Shown here one piece after another: positions 12,341-24,599 of a DNA stretch of 64,000 nucleotides (its first letter is position 1; the number at the start of each line of letters is the position of its first letter). Under the pieces are notes generated by a model, which saw only the letters and a list, made by a program, of their open reading frames with translations, ran no database searches and had not been told where the DNA came from. Source of the DNA: Macrostomum hystrix (Eukaryota > Animalia > Platyhelminthes); the NCBI GenBank assembly GCA_950097015.1, contig CATNEN010000003.1:6262001-6326000 (forward strand). The letters are read 5' to 3'. Made by a program: the position numbers and the translations under genes.

Positions 12341-12798
12341 AAAAAACATCCAGTGTGTTGTGGATGTGGAAAAATGAAAAAAAGTACTTTCAGCCATACT
12401 GATATATAGTATCCGGCTGGTATGAAGCTAAGATGTTCGACTAAACATGAAGCAAATCTATTTATCTTTAAGAATTCTACTGTGAAATATCTTCCAAGTA
12501 GATTTGCTTTAAACAAAATCTCAAAGACAAAGGCTTTGAAATAAACTCGAATTTTACTGTCTTGACTGCCTCAAAAAGGCTGCCGAACAAAGTTCAAAGT
12601 CTGAGGATCGGAATCACGTGAGCTGCACGCGCCACGTGCGTGATTGCATGAGTGGTTCGTCCTTGACCTTGATCTAGAAACGACAACAACCTCAAGATCA
12701 CGTGATTGGCTTCCCTGGGCTGAGAACCAAGGGGTGGGTGCACGCCTGAGATGTGATTTACACGTATAAAGATTAAAAAGAGGTATAATTGTTAGTGC

Positions 12799-15700
12799 TC
12801 AGTAACAGACGCAGTCTAACGGTTGTCGGTTGGTTAATTTAGTCCAGATCAGTTCCATCAGCAGTATTAGAAGTCCGATTGCGTACAAACTGAGGGCCAC
12901 AATGAAGACACCCCCAGCGCTGTCCAGATTGATGGAATCGGCTTCAGTGGCTCTGCCCTCAGTGCAAACGTTTTCGTTAGACCAAAACTGTTGGAACCAG
13001 CGCTGCATCTGGCCAGCCTCAATCAGTTTCTGAATGCTGAAATGTGGCGGTGGAAATCACGGGTATAGATTAATCATGGGTTCCAAATCGAGCATAGAAG
13101 CCAGGTCTGGAATCGAAGCTAGGCGTGGAATCGAAGCTAGGTGTGGAATAGACGAAAGGCGTGGAATCGAAGCTGATTTAGAATCGAAGCTAGACTTAAA
13201 ATCGAGGCTAGATTTAGTTTCGATGCTAGATTTAAAGATTTAGAATCGAAGCTAGATTTAGAATCGAAGCTAGATTTAGAATCGAAGCTAGACTTAGTAT
13301 CGAAGCTAGACTTAGAATCGATGCTAGATAAAGAATCGATGCTAGATTTAGAATCGAAGCTAAACTTAGAATCGAAGATAGATGTGGAGTCGAATCTAGG
13401 TGTGGAATCGAAGCTAGATGTGGAATCGAAGCTAGACTTATAATCAAAGCTAGATAAAGAATCGATGCTAGATTTAGAATCAAAGCTAGATGAGGAGTCG
13501 CAGCAGGAATCGAAGCAACGAGAACCTTAAGAACCATGGGAATGTGAACCATAAAAAATTAATTCCTTTTTAACCTACTAAAAATTGAAGGCCTGAGTGT
13601 AGACAGAATCCTCAGGAAATGCGAAGGCCACAGAGGCTGTGTTAAATAGCTCGTTTGCCAGGTAAAAATCTGTGCAATTTTTTTTAGCTAGATATAGCAG
13701 GGGAGTGTAGTCACCAAGGCACGCATTGTCTGTTCTCGGTGGCTGGAATAGATAAAATGGGCAGGTCATGTAATACAAAGATCTGCTATAGCGCATTAGA
13801 GGAGTCATTAAAACAGTTGGACCTTGAAAGGGCCGTTTTAGTTTAACATTTTAATATATATTTCTTTATAATTAAGCATTTCAGTTTTCCCTGTTCGTTA
13901 CTGGGAGTAGAGAAAGACAAATTATGCTCCAAAGTTGACATGATATATTTGATTTAACTTAATTAGACCAAGAAAAAGGCCTCAGCCTATATAATATTCT
14001 TACGTTGGATGGACATTCATAATCTCGGGCCTCCAAAGCGACCATCATATCAGCAACTTTCTTGTAAATCCCAGACTCAGCCGCTGTGAGCAGGGAGTGA
14101 AGATTTGAGCCAACGCGAACGTACGGCTTGATTTCGGTTTGAGACACCAGATCTTGCAGCGTCCTGATTGGATAGTCGGTGACAGTCACAGTGAGGTGGG
14201 CGGTTAGATCGCCTGAAGATTAGTCCCAAAGTGGTTTTGGTAATGTTTGTAAGAGTTCAGCCTCAGAGACGTTCAGCACATCTCAGACGTTCAGCGCGCC
14301 TCGCAGACGTTCTGCCAACTTCGAGGACGTTCAGCAAACTTTAAAGACGTTCAGCAAACTTTAAAGACGTTCAGCACACCTCACAGACGTTCAGCCAACT
14401 TCGAAGACGTTCAGCAAACTTTAAAGACGTTCAGCACACCTCACAGACGTTCAGCACACCTCACAGACGTTCAGCACATCTCACAGACGTTCAGCACACC
14501 TCACAGACGTTCAGCCAACTTCGAAGACGTTTAGCAAACTTTAAAGACGTTCAGCACACGACACAGACGTTCAGCACATCTCACAGACGTTCAGCACACC
14601 TCACAGACGTTCAGCACACCTCACAGACGTTCAGCACACCTCACAGACGTTCAGCACATCTCACAGACGTTCAGCACACCTCACAGACGTTCAGCACATC
14701 TCACAGACGTTCAGCACACCTCACAGACGTTCAGCACACCTCACAGACGTTCAGCACACCTCACAGACGTTCAGCACACCTCACAGACGTTCAGCACATC
14801 TCACAGACGTTCAGCACACCTCACAGACGTTCAGCACATCTCACAGACGTTCAGCAAACCTCATAGACGTTCAGCACACCTCACAGACGTTCAGTACACC
14901 TCACAGACGTTCAGCACACCTCACAGACGTTCAGCACATCTCACAGACGTTCAGCACACCTTACAGACGTTCAGCCAACTTCGAAGACGTTTAGCAAACT
15001 TTAAAGACGTTCAGCAAACGACACAGACGTTCACATCTATTACTTCGTACCGTGCTTACCATTAAAAGCTCCTAGTATAATGACAACAAACATCCACCAA
15101 ATAGCCATGGCAGTCCTTGCGGACATTGCAAACGGATAGAAATCGTGTCCTTGCTGCAGCAGGCTTCCAGTGGTGCTCCAGATGTACTCCTGCAGCCATA
15201 TTTCATCAGCAATAGAGAATCCCAGCTCTAAATTGTAGGCCGTGAAAGGTGAAAAATAGGCCAACAGCCAGGATGTGAAGGCCATCACAATCAGAGCTAC
15301 CAGAGTCAGTAGCCAGGAGTTCATTGTGAACGGTGTGAACACTCTCCACATCTTCGATGCAGGCCTTGGTCTGGGCAGTAAAATAGCGTTCGACTCTTGA
15401 AACAGAGGCGTCGAGAAGTCGATAACAATCTCGCGAGCGGCAGTTATCGTGAACGGGCCAGCAGCGAGTTGCACAGCCTGGAGAGAAAATAAACGAGTAA
15501 ACTAATCTGCTGATTGAGCGATGCTTGAAAATTATTCAAGATCTCACAGATAAATAATAATATTATTAATAATGATAACTGATTACACCTGCCCTACCAA
15601 TATGGGCCAGATGTGCAGCCGACAGCACATCCACAGCTATTGCGCGGCGCATCTGAAAGCTGCGAATGACTGTTCAGTCCATGGACTGATGAAACGTCAC

Positions 15701-18007
15701 ACCCATACCCTGAATTATTCCAGCTAATAATGGTACACATTTCACAACTGGGTGAACTGAAGCAATGCAAAGTTAAGTGTCTTGCAGAAAAGACAAAAAT
15801 TGTTCAATTAGAGTCGGGAATCGAACCCACGACCTCGAACGACTATGGTTACGATTCCTGCTACGTCCTCTGAAGTCACAGACTACAGATCCCACAAAAA
15901 GAGATCTCGCAGAAGATCGTACCCCTCTCTGCAATTCGCCGACGCAACCAGTGAAGTAGCTGGAGTTAGCCTGTGGGGCACCAAACCTTGCGTCAACTGG
16001 CCGCTTAGCAATAAACCTGAAAAGTTTTCATGAGAATCGCTTTTTCACGTACCGCACAAAATGAGAAACAAAAGCTAAATCAAACATGACTTTACCCACT
16101 TACTCAAAGTCTAAAACGACAGACAAGAAGCGCAGAAGCTCAAAGGTCATACCTCGAATCACAACAGTGTTGTTTGCTAGTGCTCGGTCGAAGATGGTCA
16201 TGGGAGATATCTGAAATTTCGTCGCGAAAACTTTCTAGGTTATGCGAGCTTAAAACAGAAGCCAGAAACACAAACCTCAGGGGTACAAATGACAATAGTC
16301 TGGTTCTTGAAGCCCATGAAGGTGTTGGGAAAGGCCAGGCTCACTCCCTTGTAGCGAAACTGCTTGCTCAGAGAGCCGCTCGACACATCGAACTCAGCGG
16401 ACTTCAGCATCGAGATCGGAGACCATCGCAGCTCATTGTAGGACGCGACCACTTCGACACCTTGTGAGCTCAAGTGTCTGCTTGAGCTGTTGTAGGAGAT
16501 GAGGCCACGCTGAGTGTCATAGTTGCTCATCTGCAGCATCGAGTGGGTGCATGGCAGGTGAGTGAGTAAGTGAGTGAGTGCAGTGACTCACTGGACTCTG
16601 ACATCATGTCTAAATGTGAGCAGCTCACGCTGAGCAGTTTGCTGAGCACAGTCGATCCCGATGTCCAGTGCTGCAGCGGAAAGCAGGAGGCGTTGCTCGG
16701 AGAGAATCCCGGATCCATCAGCGAGTCGTTCAGCGCCTTGGCCACAGCTTCCACCGCATCCACGAATCGAGCGTCCAGACTCTGCTCAATGTGGTGCGGT
16801 GCGGTGCGGTGCGGTGATTGAGGTGCGATGCTTGAGTCACTCACTCACGCTGATGACAGACGTGAGCAAGGCAGCACTGCAGTGTGACAGTCTCACCCGA
16901 ATTGAGTCCAGCTGGCACTGAGGAAACACATCCATCACTGCTGCTGTGCAGTGAGTGAACACGCTGCCTCTCAGCAAAGCAACGTTCGCGTTCGCTGGCG
17001 TCACGCTGAGCACATCCGCCTTGGACAGTCCAGTGTCGAGAATGAGCCAGAAGTAGTTCTGCTGCATGACTGCAGCTTCTCTGGCCAGCCTCAGGACTGA
17101 GAGCGCATTGCGAGGACTGGCCAGCAGCAGCAGCTTGAACAGTCTCTTCTTCACCAGACGCTTGAGGTGCTGCACCAGGCTCGGAGTGACAGAGGCGTTG
17201 GCAGTGTTGTCCACTTGGAATGTGAGACTGCTCACTCCGGCAGCGGTGAGGCCGCTCTGCAGGCTCTGTACAGCGGTGCTGCCTGCAGGCATTGGTGTGT
17301 TTGAATCGTCACAACTTGTACATCAGGACAGAGTTTGAGCAGTGTGTACTCACTCTGATGCCCGTCGAAGAAGACGACCACATCACTGACCACCAAGTCG
17401 GCTGTGATGACGGACACTGCAGCACCCACCATGTTGTCGGAGCTGTGACTGCCCACCGCCGTGTAGTCTGAAAAAATCACAAAGCACAGCATTTTGGTTC
17501 ATGCCCGACCAGAGATAAGTGCACTTTTAGTCCAGTTACCTTTGAGCAGCTGGGCCGAGTCGCACAAGCCGGTGGGCAGGGCGATGAGCGGCAGCTGCAG
17601 AGACTTGCTGAGTGAGCCCACCTGATCGAGCAGAGAGCAGCTGCCGACACCAATCAGAGCTGACAGGCCGCTCTCCGAGCACACTGCGGAGCGAGACACA
17701 CTTTCACAATCAGCACTGTGCTCAGCATTTCACAGGCAGCGCACAGCAAATGGCGAATGCCAGCAGCAGCCAACTCACCAGTCCTGACAGCCTGCTGTGA
17801 ACTGCACCAGCTCACATTCACGTGCACGTATGAGAGTGTGTGACCCTGCAGCACTCTCCAGTTGGAGTTCACGCGTCTGGCGAACGCCTTCTCCATCAGC
17901 GACTCGCTCACCTGCCCGTCCTCCGTGACCACACCGATCCTCAGGTTGAGAGCCGCTGTGCAGGTCATTAGAAAAGAAATGACAGTCAGAATCACCGCCG
18001 CCATCAT
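12799..18007 (-). CDS. Ionotropic glutamate receptor-like subunit, paralog 3 (complete, multi-exon)
   Basis: ATG at 18007. ATD block ~16276-18007; S1 exons ~16104-16210 and ~15922-16016; exon ~15060-15477 (AAGPFTITAAREIVIDFSTP, M1, SLLQQG, M3); S2 exons ~14004-14212 and ~13579-13742; M4 exon 12799-~13036 ending PLDCVCY*. Confidence 0.92.
13095..13520. repeat. Intronic minisatellite, 18-bp unit
   Basis: GAATCGAAGCTAGATTTA variants in the last intron of iGluR paralog 3. Confidence 0.9.
14265..15033. repeat. Intronic minisatellite, 20-bp unit
   Basis: TCACAGACGTTCAGCACACC repeated ~38 times. Confidence 0.95.
15585..15850 (-). mobile_element. tRNA-derived SINE (family A, CORE-like central segment)
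   Basis: Minus strand: B-box GGTTCGATTCCC, central GCAAGACACTTAAC..CACCCAG..AAATGTGTACC segment, (TTA)n-like tail. Shares CAGATGTGCAGCCGACAGC with the copies at 20710 and 58672. Confidence 0.75.
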
Positions 18008-18616
18008 GGTCAAAAGTTAGTTTCAGTTGGAAGTGATCAACCAATTCCGACTATTTGATATTATCGCTTGTCCTAAAGTAATAATTTGCGTGAAGGTACT
18101 CAGTATTTGTCCCTCTATCAAGAGAAACTTGTATTTGGCAGGGATCGAAAATGAATGCCTCCCGGCCTGGTCCGTAGCTGTATGCCAATATACATTCGAC
18201 GGTTCGTGCTTCACTTTCTGGATCTGTCGAGTGTGTAGGAAGTCTTTGAGTTGTGCCACTCTGCAAACAAGCGTAACCACTCCGATGAGTGTTTGGAATC
18301 AATAATACACCCGATGCATGCTCTGCAATATAGCAGTTCCAACAATAGGCTAACGCACTGTGAGGCTGAGCTAAAATCTATCGATTCTTAAAATTTGCTC
18401 AACTTCTTCTCCAATCCCGTTTTTGTCATTGTGACGACTGATATGTTGGTGCTAATTTATTCATAGAGAACTCACTCATTGAATTGAATGCAAATTATTG
18501 TGAATCGCTGGTTCGGATTTAAACATCTAGAATGATTAATGGCACACCAGTGCACCATTGATATTTTTCTCGTAGAAATTCTATTGATTTTAGAAGAACT
18601 TTAATTTTTAATGGTT

Positions 18617-19226
18617 TGAAGGACTTCAAGAAGCGTGTGTTGGTTGATGCACCATTTAAGGACTTCAAGAAGCGTGTTGGTTGATGCACCGTTGAAGGAC
18701 TTCAAGAAGCGTGTTGGTTGATGCACCATTGAAGGATTTCAAGAAGCGTGTTGGTTGATGTACCATTGAAGGACTTCAAGAAGCGTGTTGGTTGATGCAC
18801 CGTTGAAGAACTTCAAGAAGCGTGTTGGTTGATGCACCGTTGAAGAACTTCAAGAAGCGTGTTGGTTGATGCACCGTTGAAGGATTTCAAGAAGCGTGTT
18901 GGTTGATGCACCGTTGAAGGACTTCAAGAAGCGTGTTGGTTGATGCACCGTTGAAGGATTTCAAGAAGCGTGTTGGTTGATGCACCGTTGAAGGATTTCA
19001 AGAAGCGTGTTGGTTGATGCACCGTTGAAGGACTTCAAGAAGCGTGTTGGTTGATGCACCGTTGAAGGACTTCAAGAAGCGTGTTGGTTGATGCACCATT
19101 GAAGGACTTCAAGAAGCGTGTTGGTTGATGCACCGTTGAAGGACTTCAAGAAGCGTGTTGGTTGATGCACCATTGAAGGACTTCAAGAAGCGTGTTGGTT
19201 GATGCACCATTGAAGGACTTCAAGAA
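18617..19226. repeat. Minisatellite, 37-bp unit with an internal palindrome
   Basis: GAAGGACTTCAAGAAGCGTGTTGGTTGATGCACCGTT, ~16 head-to-tail copies, no spacers. Confidence 0.95.
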
Positions 19227-20709
19227 GGCAAACAATACACACTTGATAATTCAGTTAAGAAAACATTTTAGTAAAGTTCAAAAATAATATTGTTAGCAAA
19301 AATTGCTTATATTTAATTTAATCGTAAAAGCGAGCAAAAATAGAACATTGATATAATTATACTCTAGACAAAAAAGTGACACGCATACATGTCAATTTAT
19401 GTTGGTTAACACAGAATGGGAAAATAACTGAGGATGTACGTGCGCGTCAGTGTGCTGTGCCGCTGATTTTTGTGGAACTGTAGAAAACGAAAAAATTCTT
19501 TCAATACAAAGGCCTCCAATTAGTAGAGTAAGAAGACGTGTCTAATTTTCACCGTATAAAAATTACAGGTACAAAAATAGGTAACGAGTTGCAACATACG
19601 CTCGTATCAACCTGTCAATTATAAAAAATCTGAAAATTTCGAAATTTGGTAAGAACTCGTACAGTAAGGTACAGGTAAGGTACAGCCGCGATACACGTTA
19701 TATTAAATTTATTTTTTATTTCCCATAATTTTTAGCGGGTTTTTTTTAAATCCGTCAAAGTTCTTAATTTATATAAAGTGGGAGGTGCGCAAAGAATGGA
19801 ATGGTTGGCTCTGGGAGTGAGGTGGGCTACCATAGAGAGCCGGGGGTAGAAAATCTTGAGTCAGTGTACAGTCAGTGTACAAGGCAATGTACAGCTATTT
19901 AAACCACCAACCACCAACCAATACAATTAAACAGGCATTGTTTTAAACAGCAAATAATTCGCAGAAAATATTGTCCATATAATAACTCCGAAAAATGTGT
20001 CTGATAGCAATAAAAACTGTCTGAATAAATATACGAAAGTCTGCATAGAATGAGGTTTTTTCAACACGCTTCTGCTAAAAAAAGGAATTTAAAATGTAAG
20101 ATTTTGAAATCAAAACAAGCATTTGCACTTATAATTGCGTCAATTTTTTTCTTACAAGAGAATAAAAACACCAATACCTAGAGATTCGAAATAAAAATCA
20201 AAAAGGATACTATAGGCAACGGTTGTTAGATCAGTAATAACATGCTGTTAGATATTAAACTTATGCGGTATGCGTTATGCGGCAACTTTGCCGAAGCGAT
20301 AAAAAATAGACAGACAAATTTTCAGTATATTTATATCGTTACGCGAAGCACTTTACGCATAGCAATACTATTAGTAGACTAATAGGTGTAGGAAAAAAGT
20401 TGGCGTTTTTTGTTAATAAATTGTTTATCTATTAGCTTGGCAGTATTTACAAAAAACTACATCTGTCCTTCACTCTCGTTAAATGATTTTTTATAAAAGC
20501 AATCAAAATCGAATGAGCCAGATCTAGAAAAAAAATTGGTTAATAGTAGGGTAAGAAAATCATAGTCAAAACAGTAAATAAGAAACAATGTTACAAAAAG
20601 TTACAAGGAAAGCCCGGATAATAAAAAACTCACACAGCCCGGCATCACTTCCGTTTCGTGCGGCACATTTTTCGATTTTATTTTTTAATCAATAGATGAT
20701 TTTACCTAA

Positions 20710-20903
20710 CCTCATTTGGTCAGATGTGCAGCCGACAGCTCAGCTAATGCTGGTACCCATTTAACAGCTGGGTAACCTGAAGCAATGCAGATTCATGTGT
20801 CTTGCCGAAAGGCACAAAATGTTACAGTGGAGTCGGGAATCGAACCCCCCCAGACCTACAAGTCGCGAATCGAACGCTCTAACCACTAGGCTACAACCCG
20901 CTC
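20710..20903 (-). mobile_element. tRNA-derived SINE (family A), internally deleted copy
   Basis: Minus-strand head with A-box TAGCCTAGTGG and B-box GGTTCGATTCCC, followed by the CORE-like segment shared with 15585-15850. Confidence 0.75.
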
Positions 20904-21071
20904 TGGAAAGCACTCAACTTAAATTTAAAGCCGCAGAGAGAAGGCTTGTGGGCTTGTTGTGAAATTTTCGCGATAAAATAATGTCGAGCAGAAGCACGCA
21001 ACTAATAAGCAAGCCAGGACTGCTTCAAATCAAAGCAAGCATTCTCCGGAAATCCTGAAATCTAGAGATCC

Positions 21072-22535
21072 TCAGCAGCAGCCCGATCCGCTCCGCTTGC
21101 CATCAGTCTGGATGACGCCACCGGGCGAAGATGAAGAATTGCCACGGCCGATTCTGAAAGCCCCATCCGCTGCTTCGGCGGCTGCGGGCGCTGACCCTGC
21201 CGACTTGGCGGCCGCCGCGGCAGCCTCCGCTTTTGACCTCGACAGCCAGGTGGCCGCCACGTGAGCGAAAGCGGCGTCGACATTGTCGGCACTCTTGGCC
21301 GACGCTGTCATGTGACGCATGGCGTACTTCTCCGCCCATTGGTCGGCGTCTTCCGCGGTCACCTGCGGCGACTCGACGTCGCTTTTATTGCCGACCAATA
21401 GGAAAGGAAAACTGGCTCCGTCGGCCTCCATAATGTCTGCGTAGTGGAAGAATTCCTGACGCCAGGTTTCAACGTTGGCGAAAGAGCGAAAATCGTCCAG
21501 AGCGTAGACTAATATGCAGGCGTCAGCGCCTCTGAATAATTGAACGGGGAGAAGAAATGAATGAGCATTGGTTCCTTAGTTATTCCTTAACACCCACTCA
21601 TCACTCAACGACTTGTCAATGTCAATTGTTATGCGAGACAGCAACCTCACTGCCCGCCAACAGACACCCAACTGACTATTAGCCAGTAATAAACTCCCAC
21701 CTCACTCCCAACCAATTAAAGACGCCCAATACTCCTAGCCTACTAATAGACTACCACCTCACACCCAGCCAATAAGAGACGCCCACCCAATGATGAATCA
21801 CACCCACCTCACTTCCAGACAATAAAAATGCGCCATCCCCGGCTTAAGCGGCTGTGGGTGGAGGCCTAGCTGACTTACCGGCTGCTGCGGCAGTCTCCGG
21901 GTGAAGACACACTTCTAAACCCGCCTATAAAATACACCCAACTTACTTCACGCCAATCAAAAACATCCACCTCACTTCACGCCAATCAAAAACACCCACT
22001 TCACTCTCAGCTAATCAAAGATACCCACCTCTATCGCTGCAAATAAAATACACCTACCTCACGCCAGCCAATCAGTCACCCAACTCACTCCCTGCCAATT
22101 AAAGACACCCAACCAACTCTCAGCCAATCAGACACCCACCTCACTCTCAGCGAATCAAAGACACCCACATCACTCCCAGCTAATTAAATACACCCATCTC
22201 ACTCCTGACGTATTAAAGACACACACCTCACTCCCCGACAATAAAGACATCCACCTCAAAGCCGCAAAGGCAAAATTTGTAAAACACGAAGCTACAAACC
22301 TATAGAAGGGCGTCCTTAGCGACCGATACCGCTCCTGCCCGGCCGTATCCCAGATCTGCAGCGTGAAATGAGAGCCGTCGATGGTTAACTCTTTAACAAG
22401 AAATTCAACGCCAATCGTATGCTGCGGCCGCTGATCGAAGCGCTGATGAACGTAGCGGGCCATTAGCGACGACTTGCCGACGCCGCCATCGCCAAGAAGG
22501 ATCACTTTCAGCAGCTGAGAGCGCGGCTGAAACAT
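21072..22535 (-). CDS. RAB9: Rab9-like small GTPase a (exons 22300-22535 and 21072-21531)
   Basis: LLKVILLGDGGVGKSSLM, HTIGVEFL, QIWDTAGQERYRSLRTPFYR|GAD, GNKSD, SAK, C-terminal CC. The KVILLGDGGVGKSSLM and RSLRTPFYRG segments are Rab9 signatures. Confidence 0.9.
21600..22260. repeat. Degenerate C/A-rich intronic minisatellite (~31 bp)
   Basis: CACCCACCTCACTCCCAGCCAAT-type units. Confidence 0.75.
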
Positions 22536-23225
22536 CGAGATAAGTTATTGATTTTTCTAATTCGAACTAAAACTAAAAAAATACTTTTTAAGTAGCGGCA
22601 AAAAAATCAATTTTTTGTTTCTCCATAGCCGAGTTTTGTTTGGATGGAATGCGAGCAGACTATCTGCATTGCATATATTGCACGTATTTGGGAGAGTAAA
22701 TTCAAAATCTTCCAAGCCAATAATAAAGAATAGAAGACAATTTTTCGGTCAAAATTGTTTAGAAAACGTATCAAAAGACAAATCTAGAATATTTAGAATA
22801 CAATTAAAAAATTGATCAAATCATGACTATTCTTAGAAAATAGAAATGACACATTTACAAAGTCAGGCCAGATTTACAGAAACATTTAATTTGGCAAAGC
22901 AAAAAGACATAAAAAATCACAGTAGCATAGCTGCTAGACCGGATAATGATTTGTTAAAAAATAATTAACAGCTTTTAGCTATTGAGTCTGTAAACAGGGC
23001 CACATCCACCCTAATCTCCAATTTCCCATTAAGCAATGAGGAATTGAGTTTTGTTAAAGGACGCCAACTGTTTATTTACCCTACACTGAGATTTGAACTC
23101 ATGACGAACAAGTTAGACTAAAAAACGTTGTTCGAACAATTGGATAATTTAGAAAGACCAGGTCTGATGCAGATGTGTAAACAATAGCCTCTGATTCAAT
23201 TGAGAAAGTGTTTTAACACACACAT

Positions 23226-24445
23226 CTAGCAGCACCTAGACTTGTCTGCTTGAACAACGTCAACTGGTGACGACAAAGAAGTTTCAGCATTTAGCTTGAT
23301 GACGCCAGTAGACGTGTCAATATTCGACCCAGTCTTCGCTTTCGACTGAGCCAGCCAGGTGGTTGCTAGGTGCGCGAAGGCGGCGTCAACATTGACTCCA
23401 CTCCTGGCTGACGCTGTCAAGTGACGCATGCCGAGCTTCTCAGCGAATCGGTCACCTTCATCAGCTGTCACCTGGGGCAACTCGGTGTCGCTTTTATTGC
23501 CAACAATTAGGATGGGAAAACTAGCTGCGTCGGAATCGGAAATGTCCGCGCTTTTAAAGAACTGTAAACGCCAGGCTTCGATGCTGTTGAATGACTGACG
23601 ATCGTCCATGGAGTACACTATAATGCACGCGTCCGCGCCCCTGCAGTGGAAATTTGTCAAATTTTTATCAACTGCCTCACTCCCAGCCTCAAAAACTCAC
23701 TCCCAGCCTCAAAAACTCACTCCCAGCCTCAAAAACTCACTCCAAGCCTCACTAACTCACTCCCAAACTCACTCACTCCTAGCCTCAAAAACTCACTCTA
23801 AGCCTCACTAATTCACTTCCAGCCTCACCAACTCACCCTCAGCCTAACTCACTCCCAGCCTCACAAACTCATTCTAAGCCTCACTAATTCGTTCCCAGCC
23901 TCACAAACTCACTCCAAGCCTCACAAACTCACTCCAAGCCTCACAAACTCACTCCAAGCCTCACAAACTCACTCCAAGCCTCACAAACTCACTCCAAGCC
24001 TCACAAACTCACTCCAAGCCTCACAAACTCACTCCCAGCCTCACAAACTCACTCCCAGCCTCACAAACTCACTCCAAGCCTCACAAACTCACTCCAAGCC
24101 TCACAAACTCACTCCAAGCCTCACAAACTTACTCCCAGTGTCACCAACTCACCCCCAGCCTAACTCACTCCCAGACTCACAAACTCACTCCCAGCCTCAG
24201 GTTGCACACAATCCGCACCTATAGAAAGGCGCGCGCAGAGAATGAAAGCGCTCATTCCCGGCCGTATCCCAGATCTGCAGAGTGAAATCGTAGCCTTCAA
24301 TGCTGACATCTTTAATAAGAAAGTCTACGCCAATTGTTGCAGATTGCAGATGATCGAAACGCCGACGAATGTAGCGAGTCATTAAAGATGTCTTGCCGAC
24401 AGTGCTATTGCCGATCAAGATCACCTTTAGCACCTGAGCGCGCGG
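23226..24445 (-). CDS. RAB9: Rab9-like small GTPase b, divergent tandem paralog (exons 24219-24445 and 23226-23640); no genomic in-frame ATG
   Basis: PRAQVLKVILIGNSTVGKTSLM, ATIGVDFL, WDTAGNERFHSLRAPFYR|GAD, GNKSD, C-terminal CC. Same intron position and phase as paralog a. Confidence 0.85.
23675..24198. repeat. Intronic minisatellite, 20-bp unit
   Basis: TCACAAACTCACTCCAAGCC tandem copies. Confidence 0.95.
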
Positions 24446-24599
24446 CTGTAACGTAAGGAATCAGATGTCTTTAGTGAATATATTATTCAGTTTAATTTTT
24501 AATAGCGCGAGACTAACATCCAGAAAACAAAGCTGAAGGCGACGAACATCATCCAGTTTCTTAATTCAGACAAAGACTTCCAAATCTAGTGCTAGAATT

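Noticed and set aside
11024-12409. ORFs of 90-163 aa in the ORF track
   Set aside because: They are translations of minisatellites; the same applies to 13232, 24561-24993, 32000-32478, 33583-33985, 38455-38728, 43804-44224, 58799-59626 and 60573.
1-18100. Simple recent whole-gene triplication or a fully collapsed assembly repeat
   Set aside because: LBD exons, introns, promoters and intergenic DNA are unalignable or highly diverged, and each ATD copy has private SNPs and indels. Long-read confirmation is still advisable.
18617-19226. 37-bp partly palindromic repeat resembling a CRISPR array
   Set aside because: Units are head-to-tail with no unique spacers, there are no cas genes, and the context is eukaryotic.
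20830-20903. tRNA gene (also at ~15810 and ~34415)
   Set aside because: A and B boxes are present but the cloverleaf is degenerate and attached to a dispersed repeat body, so these are SINE heads.
22170-22299. C-terminal extension of the Rab9a ORF (FVASCFTNF...)
   Set aside because: Intron read-through; the AG|GT donor at 22300 matches the paralog and restores YRGAD.
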